Shown: positions 1 to 9,354 of the stretch, one piece after another | Numbering within the stretch: the stretch's first letter is position 1 | How the letters are laid out: every line of letters begins with the position of its first letter | NCBI GenBank assembly: GCA_965222275.1 | Contig: OZ244941.1 | Span: 1,079,184-1,143,183, forward strand | DNA length: 64,000 nucleotides | Direction of reading: 5' to 3' | Source: Nitrospirales bacterium | GTDB lineage: Bacteria > Nitrospirota > Nitrospiria > Nitrospirales > UBA8639 | Made by a program: the position numbers and the translations under genes | The notes under the pieces: generated by a model | Database searches by the model: none | The model's input: the letters and a program-made list of their open reading frames with translations, nothing else | Told to the model about the DNA's origin: nothing

Positions 1-923
1 AGCTGACCCGGCACGGCATTCAGCATTTGCCGGATGGCACCTATCGGTATGAAGACGTGCTCGATGACGACGGCTTTGACGACAAACCGATCGCGATTGC
101 CGTAGCCGTGACGATTGAAGATGAAGAGGTGGTGGTCAATTTTGAGGGGAGTGCGCCCCAGTGCGAAGGAAGCGTCAACGCGGTCTATGCGATTACGGTC
201 TCGGCGACGGCGTACGTGTTTCGATGTTTGCTGGGGCTGGATATTCCCGGTAACAGCGGGTGTATGGTGCCTATCCACGTCCGGGCGCCTGAAGGGTCGG
301 TAGTCAATGCCCGGTTTCCCGCGGCGGTGGCCGCGGGGAACGTCGAGACGGCCCAGCGAATCGTGGACGTCCTGTTGGGGGCCTTGGCGCAGGCCTGCCC
401 CGACCGGGTGCCCGCCGCGAGTCAGGGAACCATGAATAATTTTACGATCGGGGGGTGGGATCGAGAAAAGCAACGGCCGTTTGCGTATTATGAAACGTTG
501 GGCGGGGGCATGGGCGCCGGGGTAGAGCATCCGGGGGCGAGCGGCATTCATTCCCATATGACGAATACGATGAATACGCCGGTCGAGGCCTTGGAGTATG
601 CGTACCCGTTTCGGATAGCCCGCTATGTCCTTCGAGAAGGGACGGGCGGTGCGGGAATCCATGCGGGGGGCAATGGAGTCACGCGCGAAATCGAATTCCT
701 GCAGGACGCTCACGTGACGATCGTCTCCGATCGACGGGAATCGAGACCATTCGGGTTGGCCGGGGGAGAGGCCGGACAATCCGGTCGAAACGTGTTGATT
801 CGGAAGGGCCGCGAAAAGCGGCTTCCCGGGAAAACGACGCTGGCCGTAAGCCAGGGAGATCGTTTGCGGATTGAAACTCCTGGCGGTGGCGGCTATGGTG
901 CAGTGAGAGGGAAGAAGGCGTGA
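1..923 (+). CDS. Hydantoinase B/oxoprolinase family protein (HyuB-like), 5' end outside window
   Basis: The frame is open from base 3 (LTRHGIQHLPDGTYRYEDVLDDDG...). Family-typical strings are present: FEGSAPQ..GSVNA, DIPGNSGC, PAAVAAGNVETAQRIVD, MNNFT, SHMTNTMNTPVEALE. Confidence 0.85.
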   Translation, partial: LTRHGIQHLPDGTYRYEDVLDDDGFDDKPIAIAVAVTIEDEEVVVNFEGSAPQCEGSVNAVYAITVSATAYVFRCLLGLDIPGNSGCMVPIHVRAPEGSVVNARFPAAVAAGNVETAQRIVDVLLGALAQACPDRVPAASQGTMNNFTIGGWDREKQRPFAYYETLGGGMGAGVEHPGASGIHSHMTNTMNTPVEALEYAYPFRIARYVLREGTGGAGIHAGGNGVTREIEFLQDAHVTIVSDRRESRPFGLAGGEAGQSGRNVLIRKGREKRLPGKTTLAVSQGDRLRIETPGGGGYGAVRGKKA

Positions 924-941
924 TGAGCGTCTCTCTGTCTT

Positions 942-998
942 TGTAGGGGCCGCATCTTATGCGGCCCAGAAGAAGCGCCATGAGATGGCGCCGCTACA
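942..998. repeat. Two TGTAG-hairpin REP elements in inverted orientation
   Basis: tgtaggggccgcatcttatgcggcccag followed by gcgccatgagatggcgccgctaca. The same family recurs at 8567, 11704, 13614-13742, 16119 and 63698-63793. Confidence 0.75.
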
Positions 999-1067
999 AA
1001 AGAGGGAGAAGATGGTCAGGTCCTTATACTGTCAACGAATGAAAGAACACATACGGGAGTCCTAAAC

Positions 1068-1337
1068 ATGAAAGAAACTGATCCTGAACGGTTGGAAATG
1101 TTGTATGAACGTTTTTGCGACGTCTGTCTCGTTGAAAAAGAAGTGTGGACGGAAATTCTCCTGCCCCGGCCGGTTGAAAAAGGGGTGATCCTGACCAACG
1201 TGCAAGAGAAGTACGAAGTGGTCATCGACGACCCCGCGATCGAGGAAACGCTTGACGCCAACATCCTCCTCGGTAAATCCTCATTACGAGCGGCCATTCA
1301 GGAATACAGGGATCATATCAGTTTTCATAAAGCCTAG
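1068..1337 (+). CDS. Hypothetical protein (89 aa)
   Basis: ORF with ATG start in an otherwise unoccupied interval. I recognise no motif. Confidence 0.35.
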   Translation: MKETDPERLEMLYERFCDVCLVEKEVWTEILLPRPVEKGVILTNVQEKYEVVIDDPAIEETLDANILLGKSSLRAAIQEYRDHISFHKA

Positions 1338-1360
1338 ACCCGTCGGTCAGGTGAGGTCAG

Positions 1361-1394
1361 GTAGGTCGGGTTAGCCGAAGGCGTAACCCGACAA
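1361..1394. repeat. REP element, GTAGGTCGG-palindrome family
   Basis: gtaggtcgggttagccgaaggcgtaacccgacaat. It is near-identical (one indel) to the reverse complement of 5322-5355; related copies lie at 5432-5463 and 16168-16199. Confidence 0.8.
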
Positions 1395-1407
1395 TCAGAG
1401 GAAAACG

Positions 1408-1785
1408 ATGACGGCTCCCGACGCGTTTATCAAGGCCCTTCAGCACGAACCCATCACCTGTCTTCGGGCGGCTTGCCCCGGACACGTGGACTGTACCGAG
1501 GTCTCTCACCCTCAAGAGCGCGTGAAGGCGTACCATCTCCGGTGTGAGGCATGCGGGTGGGAAGATCACGTCCGTGGACGTGAGGACGGCGCCGCGCAGT
1601 GGGAGGAGGCCGAATTGCAGGCGATTATCGATGAGCATCTCCTGCACCTCCAGCCCGTGTGCCCGTATGATCAGGCCCCCGTGGTGTTTACCTCTCTTCC
1701 GAATCCTCGCCGAAAAGCCCGGTATCGCATTGCTTGTTTTTATTGTGGACGTCAAGTCGAAATGGATTGGCCTCCGCGGTCCTGA
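1408..1785 (+). CDS. Hypothetical Cys-rich protein (125 aa)
   Basis: ORF with paired Cys motifs (CEACGW ... CFYCGR) suggesting a zinc ribbon. No family assigned. Confidence 0.4.
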   Translation: MTAPDAFIKALQHEPITCLRAACPGHVDCTEVSHPQERVKAYHLRCEACGWEDHVRGREDGAAQWEEAELQAIIDEHLLHLQPVCPYDQAPVVFTSLPNPRRKARYRIACFYCGRQVEMDWPPRS

Positions 1786-1812
1786 AAGCATGTATCGCCT
1801 TCCGCCGGAGCG

Positions 1813-3771
1813 TTACATCTCCCAATTGCCTTCCACCCCGAATCGTACCCACGTCCCCGGTGCGCTGAACCCGAGAAAATCTTCGTACGTCACGTTGGTC
1901 AGGTTGTCCACGGCCCCGAAAATTTTCCATGCGTCGTTCAGCGTATAGGTGGTGGCGAGGTCGATTCGATAATACCCCGGCACTCTGGTTTGCGTTGTGG
2001 GAATTTGCAGGTCGAAGCGGTTCCCGACGGCTTGGAATTGGCTGCGTATGGTCAACGCGGGAGTAGCCTGTACCTGCACCGCGAAGCCGCCCGATGCCTT
2101 GGGACGATTCCGGAGCGGGGCGTTCGTCCCTGAGATGCGGGCGTCGAGGTAGGTCAACCAGCCTTCGATAGACACGTTCGGCAATGGGGTGGCGGCCACG
2201 TTCAATTCGATCCCCTGCGTCCTGACCTTGTTCAGATTGACCAGGAGGAAAGTTTTTTGTCTGGCAAGAACGGGGTCCAGGTCGATTTGATTGAAAAAGG
2301 TATTGTGAAACCAGGTCAACTGGATTTCACTATCCCAGACGGGGCTCGACCGGAGGATGCCCACTTCCCATCCGGTGCTGGATTCGGGAGACAGGTGAGG
2401 ATTTCCGATAATGGGATCGCCCAGGGCATTCAGGCTCGGCAATTTGAACCCTTCACCGTACTGCCCACGGATTGTCGTTCGTGGAAACGGTTGGACGCTG
2501 ACGGCGAGACGAGGGGTCACCCGGAGCGGAAAATCTTCCGGGCTGTCCACACGGATACCCGCACTGAGCTGGACCTGCTCGTTCGGGGAGATGATCGATT
2601 CCAGCACCCCTGCCGGCGTGGTGCGTGATCGTTCGAAATCCGTGACGGCTTTTGACGGAAACCCCAGGACGGTCAGGTCCTGTGTCCCGGTTCGCGTTCC
2701 GTTCTCGTGAACCAGTTGAAATCCGCCCGCCACTTTCAAAAATCGTTTCAGGGAAGCCCGAAGCGTCCAATGGAGACGCATCCTGGTAAAGTCCGTCCGG
2801 AAGACCGTCGGAGGGATTCGAAACATCCCGGGTGCGGAAAGAACCCCAGGGTTGTCAACGTCCTGTTCCCGGTGAAACACGTTGCCGGTCAGTTGATTCT
2901 CCCAGTTCGGGGCGAGCGGGAACGTCAGGTTGAATCCGGAAACGACTTCGTTGGTGCGCCGCTGCTCCGGCGTACGGAGAATGGCCAGGCGTGTGCCGCC
3001 ACTGCCTTCCGGAAAGGAACGGGTGTCGGTTGTCGTGTATTGTCCCGTCAGTTCGAATTTGAGCGAATCCTGAAGCGACCAGTTCACATGGCCTCCGATC
3101 GTTCCGGACGCAAACCGGTTTCCCGTGACTTGCCCATCGTTCCGCGTGAAGGCGGCTGAACCGGCATATCGGAACCGGTCGGCGGACCCCGACGTTTGCA
3201 GGACCCCGCGGGTATAACCCCATTGTCCCCCCTCCGTGCGGGCAACCAGTCGATCCGCCGCCGTCCCTTTTTGAGTAATGATATTCACCACGCCTGCCAT
3301 CGCGTCGGAACCATAGAACACGGAAGCCGGTCCCTTGACGATTTCGATCCGTTCAATACGCTCGGGTGTCAGGGACGACAAATCGACTGATCCACCGCGC
3401 TGGTTCGTCGGATCGTTCAACGGAACCCCGTCCAACAGCACCATCGTCAAATTCGGATCAGCCCCACGAATATAGAGTGAACTGATGCCGCTCCGGCCTC
3501 CCATTTCATCAACGAAAATCCCGGGCGTTTGTTGTAAGAGGGTGCCGAGCCTGTTGGGCTGCTGGGGATCAAGTCTCTTTCGCGTGAACACCTTGGTCCG
3601 GATGGGGGTTTGTGATTGGCTTGTTGGCAGGGCCGTGGCCGTGACCACCACGGGGTCGAGCGTTTCAACAGGCGGGGTTTCCGCCGGCCCGGCTGAAGGC
3701 AAGAAGCAGAGTGTGAACCCCAAGACCCCGGTGCCGGTTACAAGAGATTGTTTGGAATAAGCCGGATGCAT
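1813..3771 (-). CDS. TonB-dependent outer-membrane receptor
   Basis: Signal peptide from ATG 3771 (MHPAYSKQSLVTGTGVLGFTLCFL). Plug-domain strings DPVVVTAT, GGRSGISSLYIRGADPNLTMVLLDGVPLNDP and IERIEIVKGPASVFYGSDAMAGVVNIIT are followed by a long beta-barrel region. Confidence 0.85.
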   Translation of the reverse strand: MHPAYSKQSLVTGTGVLGFTLCFLPSAGPAETPPVETLDPVVVTATALPTSQSQTPIRTKVFTRKRLDPQQPNRLGTLLQQTPGIFVDEMGGRSGISSLYIRGADPNLTMVLLDGVPLNDPTNQRGGSVDLSSLTPERIERIEIVKGPASVFYGSDAMAGVVNIITQKGTAADRLVARTEGGQWGYTRGVLQTSGSADRFRYAGSAAFTRNDGQVTGNRFASGTIGGHVNWSLQDSLKFELTGQYTTTDTRSFPEGSGGTRLAILRTPEQRRTNEVVSGFNLTFPLAPNWENQLTGNVFHREQDVDNPGVLSAPGMFRIPPTVFRTDFTRMRLHWTLRASLKRFLKVAGGFQLVHENGTRTGTQDLTVLGFPSKAVTDFERSRTTPAGVLESIISPNEQVQLSAGIRVDSPEDFPLRVTPRLAVSVQPFPRTTIRGQYGEGFKLPSLNALGDPIIGNPHLSPESSTGWEVGILRSSPVWDSEIQLTWFHNTFFNQIDLDPVLARQKTFLLVNLNKVRTQGIELNVAATPLPNVSIEGWLTYLDARISGTNAPLRNRPKASGGFAVQVQATPALTIRSQFQAVGNRFDLQIPTTQTRVPGYYRIDLATTYTLNDAWKIFGAVDNLTNVTYEDFLGFSAPGTWVRFGVEGNWEM

Positions 3772-3789
3772 CACTTCTTCAGTCTCTAC

Positions 3790-3823
3790 CTCCCCTTTAC
3801 CCCTCCTTACAAAGGAGGGGAAC
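3790..3823. repeat. REP element, cccctcc/ggagggg palindrome family
   Basis: ctcccctttacccctccttacaaaggaggggaac. The shared aaaggaggggaac end recurs at 5561-5573; related copies lie at 11636, 15981 and 42716. Confidence 0.65.
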
Positions 3824-3978
3824 TTAAGAAGCACCTCTGATAGGTGCTGAATGAGTACAGCTTCTCATCAACGGCAGATCTGTGTTATACACCCGTTGGT
3901 TTCTTCCGGGACAGCCTTCATATCGGAATAACATCCGTCTGGAGTAGTCGTGAGCCGCGTGGGAGTCGAGATTTCGTC

Positions 3979-5322
3979 ATGAGCAACATCCGATACCGTA
4001 CCGAGCCCGAACGTTCGGGCCGTATGCCGTCCTGCCTCCCGTTCCTGATCGTGAACGAAGCCGCCGAGCGATTCAGTTTCTACGGCATGCGAACGATCCT
4101 GGTCATTTTTATGACCCAATACCTCTTGAACGTGGACGGCACCCTGGACGTGATGAGTGAACCCGAAGCGCGCTCCTATTATCATCTTTTTACGTCCGCG
4201 GTCTATTTTTTCCCGGTCATCGGAGCCCTGATTGCGGATATCTGGTTGGGGAAGTACCGAACGATCATGTCGTTGTCGCTGGTGTATTGCCTGGGGCACT
4301 TGGCCCTCGCAATGGATCAGACCAGGGTCGGACTGGCCGTGGGTCTCACGCTGATCGCCGTGGGTTCCGGAGGAATCAAACCCTGTGTCTCCGCCAACCT
4401 CGGGGATCAGTTCAGTTCGACAAACAGTCATCTGCTCAGCAAAGCCTTTTACTGGTTTTATTTTGCGATCAATTTCGGCGCGGGGCTTTCAACGCTTTTG
4501 ACCCCGTGGCTGCTCAACCATATCGGACCCCATCTGGCCTTTGGCGTTCCCGGGCTGTTGATGCTGCTAGCGACGTGGGTGTTCTGGTTGGGGCGGCGGG
4601 AATATGCGCATATCCCCGCCAGGGGGAAAACGTTTCTTCGGGAATTGCTGACGCGCGACAGCCTGCTGGCCATGTGGCGGCTTACGCCGATTTACCTGTT
4701 TGTGGCCGTGTTCTGGGCGCTCTACGACCAAACCGGGTCGGCTTGGGTTCTCCAGGCAAGAAATATGGATTTATACTGGATGGGGGTGGAATGGCTCCCT
4801 TCGCAAATTCAGTTCGTCAATCCTTTTTTGATTATGCTCCTCATCCCGGTGTTTGCCTACGGCGTCTATCCCGCCATGGACAAGGTGTTTCCCTTGACGC
4901 CCTTGCGGAAGATCAGCATCGGGTTTTTTATGACGGTCATCGCCTTTGTGATTTCCGCGGTGATCGAGATGCAGATTGTCTCGGGACTGCGGCCGAATAT
5001 CGCGTGGCAAATCGCGGCGTTCGTGGTGATCACCGCGGCGGAGGTCATGGTCTCGATCACGTGTTTGGAATTTTCCTACACCCAGGCGCCCAGGGCCTTG
5101 AAATCGTTTGTCATGGCGCTCTTTCTCCTGTCGGTGTCCCTGGGGAACGCCTTTACCTCGTTGGTGAATTTTTTCATTCAGAACGACGACGGCAGCGTGT
5201 GGCTTGAAGGCCCGGATTATTATTGGTTTTTCACGTGGGTCATGCTCGGCGTGTCGATTCTCTTTATCGCGGTGGCCAAACGCTACAAAGGCCAAACGTA
5301 TCTTCAGGGCGGGGAAGGATGA
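3979..5322 (+). CDS. Proton-dependent oligopeptide transporter (POT/PTR2 family)
   Basis: The ExxERFxYYG-type motif EAAERFSFYGMRTIL sits near the N-terminus, and the product is a ~12-TM hydrophobic protein. The ATG at 3979 is preferred over the ORF-track start at 3844. Confidence 0.85.
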   Translation: MSNIRYRTEPERSGRMPSCLPFLIVNEAAERFSFYGMRTILVIFMTQYLLNVDGTLDVMSEPEARSYYHLFTSAVYFFPVIGALIADIWLGKYRTIMSLSLVYCLGHLALAMDQTRVGLAVGLTLIAVGSGGIKPCVSANLGDQFSSTNSHLLSKAFYWFYFAINFGAGLSTLLTPWLLNHIGPHLAFGVPGLLMLLATWVFWLGRREYAHIPARGKTFLRELLTRDSLLAMWRLTPIYLFVAVFWALYDQTGSAWVLQARNMDLYWMGVEWLPSQIQFVNPFLIMLLIPVFAYGVYPAMDKVFPLTPLRKISIGFFMTVIAFVISAVIEMQIVSGLRPNIAWQIAAFVVITAAEVMVSITCLEFSYTQAPRALKSFVMALFLLSVSLGNAFTSLVNFFIQNDDGSVWLEGPDYYWFFTWVMLGVSILFIAVAKRYKGQTYLQGGEG

Positions 5323-5573
5323 TTGTCGGGTTACGCTTCGGCTAACCCGACCTACCAGGCTGACCAGACCAGAATTGTCATTCTGAGCCGCAGGCGAAGA
5401 ATCTCGTAGTTTCAAGTTTTGAGTAGGTCGGATTAGCGTAGCGTAATCCGACATGGAGCATCGACCGTTGCGCTGACCACAAGCGGGGAACCAAGAAAGA
5501 AGGGCCGTCGTTTTCCTCCCCTCCCCCCCTCCTGATCCTTCGGCTACGCTCAGGACAAGCAAAGGAGGGGAAC
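5322..5573. repeat. REP cluster (two GTAGGTCGG-family copies plus one ggagggg-family copy)
   Basis: 5322-5355 attgtcgggttacgcttcggctaacccgacctac; 5432-5463 gtaggtcggattagcgtagcgtaatccgacat; 5513-5573 ttcctcccctccccccctcc...caaaggaggggaac. Confidence 0.75.
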
Positions 5574-5641
5574 TAGGGCACAGAAGGAAGCTGCGGAAAT
5601 TGTCAACGAGTGAATGAACGCATACACGCCTGTCGGGACGA

Positions 5642-6406
5642 TCAGGGTTTGGGGTTCTGGCTGAGATACAGGACCTGGTTGACCCGGAAAGCCTGGGTGT
5701 ACTGGTCGGCCGTGATGTGCTGTGAATGAAAACAGCGCCCATCGAAAATGATCAGACGATTGGGCTTCATGTGGATGAGGAAGAGGAGTTCCCAATAGGC
5801 GTTCCCGTCGTTGATGTAGGCATTCTCCCGGTTGGCGAACAAGGGGTTGAAGATCATGCTGTTCTGAAAATTTTCATAGCCCTCCGCACTGTTGAGAAAT
5901 TCATCGCTGAGTTCCAGCCTGTCGGCCAAATCGCGGATCTCCTGGTCCGGAACGATGGGCACCCGTTCCAATTCCGTGGGCACGTGACGGTACAGGCCGG
6001 TTCCGCCCATGCAGGATTCGGCGGGGTTCAGGTAGACCATGGCGGTCACGTCCTGATCGATATGGGGTTGACGTTGCCCGACGTTGAGGCGGTACGTCTG
6101 GTTGGTGATGCCTTGAAACACGACTGGCTGGGGCTCGAAAAATGGATGCAGCTTCATGCCCCAGAAGTCACTGATCGCATTCACGATCGGCCCGGTCTCG
6201 ACGTTGACCGAAGCCCGAACGCCTGGAAAGTTGCCGACAATCTCGAAGCGATCGGTATACGGAAGCTCCAAGGCCAGTTGAAGGACCTGGTCGGGATGCC
6301 GGTAGAACCCGTCGACCATGACGACCTTGTGGCGGCCCAGGCCTATATGGTCGATGGAAACCTGGCAGTCAGGATTGATCGTGAAGGTTTCAGGAGTGGG
6401 TGGCAC
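5642..6406 (-). CDS. Hypothetical protein, possibly a 2OG-Fe(II)-oxygenase/cupin-like family member (tentative)
   Basis: GTG start with a gggag RBS. The strings VVMVDGFYRHPDQVLQLAL ... NFPGVRA ... HID ... IIFDGRCFHSQH resemble small double-stranded beta-helix oxygenase-like proteins. The family call is from memory only. Confidence 0.55.
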   Translation of the reverse strand: MPPTPETFTINPDCQVSIDHIGLGRHKVVMVDGFYRHPDQVLQLALELPYTDRFEIVGNFPGVRASVNVETGPIVNAISDFWGMKLHPFFEPQPVVFQGITNQTYRLNVGQRQPHIDQDVTAMVYLNPAESCMGGTGLYRHVPTELERVPIVPDQEIRDLADRLELSDEFLNSAEGYENFQNSMIFNPLFANRENAYINDGNAYWELLFLIHMKPNRLIIFDGRCFHSQHITADQYTQAFRVNQVLYLSQNPKP

Positions 6407-6439
6407 GAGCGACTCCCTGTTCCCCGTCGTGGGTTAATG

Positions 6440-6952
6440 CTAATGGTCGCTCATCAGTTCGAGAAACCGCGGCGCCAGGATACGGCTCTGAATCGTCAGC
6501 AATCCACGTTCTCCCAGTTCCCGGTAACTCAGGCTGATTTCGGTGTCCTCGAGACGCCAGGAGTATTCCTGGTTCAGCCCCCGGATCATCGAGCCGGGGC
6601 TGTGTCGAATTTTCCCGAATTCCGATTCCAGCGCCTGCTTGATACGGTTGTGCGTTTCTTCGTTTCGGTATCGGATCATCACACGAGCAAATTGGGCGTC
6701 GATGGTGTAGAGCTTGATGAAATCGACCGGTTCGTTCGCAAACTGCGGCGGGCCTTCCTTATACGCATAAATGTCGACCCGACCGTCGGGCTCGACGAGG
6801 ACGAACTGAGACAATTCCGCCAGCGCACTTCCCCAGGGAATCCCCTGAAAGCCCGGTGGGGGCGCGGGAGTCGTATTCGCGGCGATGAGGAGTTCAGGCA
6901 ACCAGAGGAAGAAGACCAACAGCAGAACGGGGTACGGAACACGACGTGTCAT
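6440..6952 (-). CDS. Hypothetical secreted protein (170 aa)
   Basis: ATG start and an N-terminal signal-like segment (VPYPVLLLVFFLWLPELLIAA). No recognisable domain. Confidence 0.55.
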   Translation of the reverse strand: MTRRVPYPVLLLVFFLWLPELLIAANTTPAPPPGFQGIPWGSALAELSQFVLVEPDGRVDIYAYKEGPPQFANEPVDFIKLYTIDAQFARVMIRYRNEETHNRIKQALESEFGKIRHSPGSMIRGLNQEYSWRLEDTEISLSYRELGERGLLTIQSRILAPRFLELMSDH

Positions 6953-7050
6953 GATCCCGCCACACTAGCATCTCCCTCTTGAGAACTCAACGGCGGTGTC
7001 CGGTTGACAACCTGAGAACGAAAGACGTGAAAACAGGGGAATGGAAGGGA

Positions 7051-8001
7051 TCAGAGCGCAGCGTTTGCAGGGAGAGGCATGGCATGAATCGAATCTTGTC
7101 CATTGGGGACAAGATCGGCTAAATCTGTTGCATGTTTCTCAGGAGGTCCCACAAGGGTCCAGGCCTCGGGGTTGTCCAGGATCGCCTGGACGAGTTGGGT
7201 GTGGAGATGATGGCCTGAACATTTGCCGACAATATGGCCGATGACGTGGATGCCGAGGAGAGAAAAGTCTCCAATGAGGTCCAACACCTTATGGCGAACG
7301 CATTCATCCGGGAACCGGAGCGTTTCTTCATTCATCATTCCGGTCTCCGTAAACACGATGGTGTTGTCCAGGGAACCGCCTTTTCCCAAGCCGCGAGCCC
7401 ATAAGGCTTCTGCTTCATACGAAAACCCAAAGGTCCGGGCATGCGCGATATTGGTTTCGAACTCCACCGCCGACCACTCATGTTCATAGGTTTGCTGTTG
7501 GATCAACAGATGATCGTAGTCGATCGTATAGGTGATCTTGGGAAAGGGGGAGGGAAGAATGGAAATCCCTCGATTGTCATCACCGATATGAATGGGTTCT
7601 ACAATTTTGAGATAGGTTCGAGGACGTTCCTGGGGCAGAATCCCGGCGAGTTGAATGAGTTTGGCAAAGGGTGCCGCACTGCCGTCCATCGCCGGAACCT
7701 CTTCCGAAGCGATATCGATAAAGGCATTATCGATTCTCAAACCCCAGAGGGCGGAAAGCACGTGTTCGGTCGTTTGGATTTGGAATCCATTGGAGCCGAC
7801 CGCCGTGCACAACTCCATGGGCCTGAGATTACGAATCGACGCCTGGCAAGTCTCGACGTGACTGTTGACTTTCCGCCGGAACACAATGCCGTTGTCCACG
7901 GGTGCCGGGGAAAGACTCACCTTCGAAGCACGTCCCGAATGGAGCCCGACTCCGGATACCGAGATGGTTTGCTCAATGGTCTGTTGACGTTGTCCGAACA
8001 T
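7051..8001 (-). CDS. lpxC: UDP-3-O-acyl-N-acetylglucosamine deacetylase
   Basis: MFGQRQQTIEQTISVSGVGLHSGRASKVSLSPAPVDNGIVFRR, TTEHVLSAL, ELPIMDGSA-like EVPAMDGSAAPF, and a C-terminal HK.LD..GD motif (VRHKVLDLIGDF). Confidence 0.92.
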   Translation of the reverse strand: MFGQRQQTIEQTISVSGVGLHSGRASKVSLSPAPVDNGIVFRRKVNSHVETCQASIRNLRPMELCTAVGSNGFQIQTTEHVLSALWGLRIDNAFIDIASEEVPAMDGSAAPFAKLIQLAGILPQERPRTYLKIVEPIHIGDDNRGISILPSPFPKITYTIDYDHLLIQQQTYEHEWSAVEFETNIAHARTFGFSYEAEALWARGLGKGGSLDNTIVFTETGMMNEETLRFPDECVRHKVLDLIGDFSLLGIHVIGHIVGKCSGHHLHTQLVQAILDNPEAWTLVGPPEKHATDLADLVPNGQDSIHAMPLPANAAL

Positions 8002-8060
8002 GTGTATCTGTTTCTCTGAATTGGAATAAATGTTCCACAAACTTGTCACGCACATTAAAA

Positions 8061-8076
8061 TGCAAATTTCGGGCCA
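8061..8076 (-). promoter_or_regulatory. Sigma-54-type -24/-12 promoter-like element upstream of lpxC
   Basis: The minus strand reads TGGCCCGAAATTTGCA, with GG and GC at the exact spacing of the consensus TGGCAC-N5-TTGCW. It lies ~60 nt upstream of the lpxC ATG, inside a ~170-bp AT-rich tract (8040-8212). Confidence 0.3.
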
Positions 8077-8212
8077 TATTGATCATGACATAAGCTTTCG
8101 TAACACATTGAAATATAATGATAAATAAAAACTCGTTTTGCAAGTTAATGAAATTGATGTGAAAAGTCAATAGTGGTGTTGCAAAAAAACAGCATAGCGA
8201 AGCGAGGCATGG

Positions 8213-8539
8213 TCAGGCTCGAAAGGGCTCCAATAAATATCGCAAGGACTCGGGGAACTGATCGATGGCATCGGTGCGTGCGAGTCCGGTGATGATGCCC
8301 CGGTGTTTTTTGTGTAATCCGGAGTCGATAAAGGCCTGGACGTGGAGTTTCCATTTCAAGGAATCATCGCCGAGCAGTTGTGCCTGCTCCTCGGCTGTTT
8401 TGGTTTCGAGCAGGGTGGAGAGACCCCGTATGGTCTTTTCGACGCTATCATAGGGCGGAGCGAGCTTCAACGCAGCATAAAATGCTTCCAGGTTCTGACG
8501 GAATTCGTTGAGGAGGGCCTGATCATCGTGCCGTGACAT
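8213..8539 (-). CDS. Hypothetical protein (108 aa from ATG 8539)
   Basis: ORF MSRHDDQALLNEFRQNLEAFYAAL..., helical-looking, with no recognised motif. Confidence 0.45.
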   Translation of the reverse strand: MSRHDDQALLNEFRQNLEAFYAALKLAPPYDSVEKTIRGLSTLLETKTAEEQAQLLGDDSLKWKLHVQAFIDSGLHKKHRGIITGLARTDAIDQFPESLRYLLEPFRA

Positions 8540-8566
8540 GACGGAGGAGCGTTCCAACCGTTTTCT

Positions 8567-8597
8567 GTGTAGGGGCGGGCCCCTGTACCCGCCCGCC
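8567..8597. repeat. TGTAG-hairpin REP element
   Basis: tgtgtaggggcgggcccctgtacccgcccgcc; the stem is ggcggg/cccgcc. Confidence 0.75.
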
Positions 8598-8613
8598 ATG
8601 ATCCGTGCCCGCC

Positions 8614-9303
8614 TTATTCGGAATTACTGAATCCGTCCAGATCATGCTCTTTCCCGATCATGACCAGGACGTCGCCTTTTTCGATCATATCGCCGGGGGA
8701 GGGAGTGAAATTAAAGGTATCTTCCTTCTTTAATTTTCCCTTGATCATGCGATTCACCTGTTTCTTGATGCCGATGATGTTGAGATTGTGAAGCTCACGG
8801 ATTTTGGTTTCCTCGATGCTCATGCCGGAAAACCGATCCGGCACCGCGACTTCCTCGACACTGTACCCGGGGGCCAATTCGAGATAGTCCAACACCTTGG
8901 GGGAAACCAGTCGATGCGCGAGCCGGATCGCGGCGTCCCGTTCGGGGTAAATCACTTCGGTCACCCCGAGATTGCTGAGGATTTTCCCGTGAGCGTTGGT
9001 CACGGCCTTGGCGATGATGGAGGTGATCCCCATTTCGGTCAACGTTTGGACGATGAGGATGCTCGCTTCGATGTTTTCGCCGATGCTCACCACCGCCACG
9101 TCGACGTTTTGGGTGCTGACGGCTTTCAGGGCGCGTTCATCCGTCGCGTCGCACTGAACCGCAAAGGTCGCACTATCACTGATGGCTTGAATTTTCGCCT
9201 CTTCCCGATCGATGGCGAGGACTTCACATCCTTTTTGAACCAACGATTCCGCGACGCTATAGCCGAATCGGCCCAGGCCGATGACCGCAAACAGCCGCTT
9301 CAT
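8614..9303 (-). CDS. TrkA/KtrA-type potassium-transport regulatory protein (RCK: TrkA-N plus TrkA-C)
   Basis: Rossmann motif AVIGLGRFGYSVA, ...VLAID..., and a C-terminal TrkA-C-like segment (IEETKIRELHN...GDVLVMIG). No TrkH/KtrB membrane partner is in the window. Confidence 0.8.
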   Translation of the reverse strand: MKRLFAVIGLGRFGYSVAESLVQKGCEVLAIDREEAKIQAISDSATFAVQCDATDERALKAVSTQNVDVAVVSIGENIEASILIVQTLTEMGITSIIAKAVTNAHGKILSNLGVTEVIYPERDAAIRLAHRLVSPKVLDYLELAPGYSVEEVAVPDRFSGMSIEETKIRELHNLNIIGIKKQVNRMIKGKLKKEDTFNFTPSPGDMIEKGDVLVMIGKEHDLDGFSNSE

Positions 9304-9354
9304 GGTTGTATGCCACTCATCTGATGATGTGGGTCGTGGTGGAAGACGTCCTAC

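Noticed and set aside
4771-5742. 323-aa minus-strand ORF.
   Set aside because: It is antisense to the POT transporter 3' half and runs through the REP cluster at 5322-5573. It has no motif.
5726-6982. 418-aa plus-strand ORF.
   Set aside because: It is antisense to two well-formed minus-strand genes (5642-6406 and 6440-6952), and it would span their intergenic gap. Its composition is atypical.
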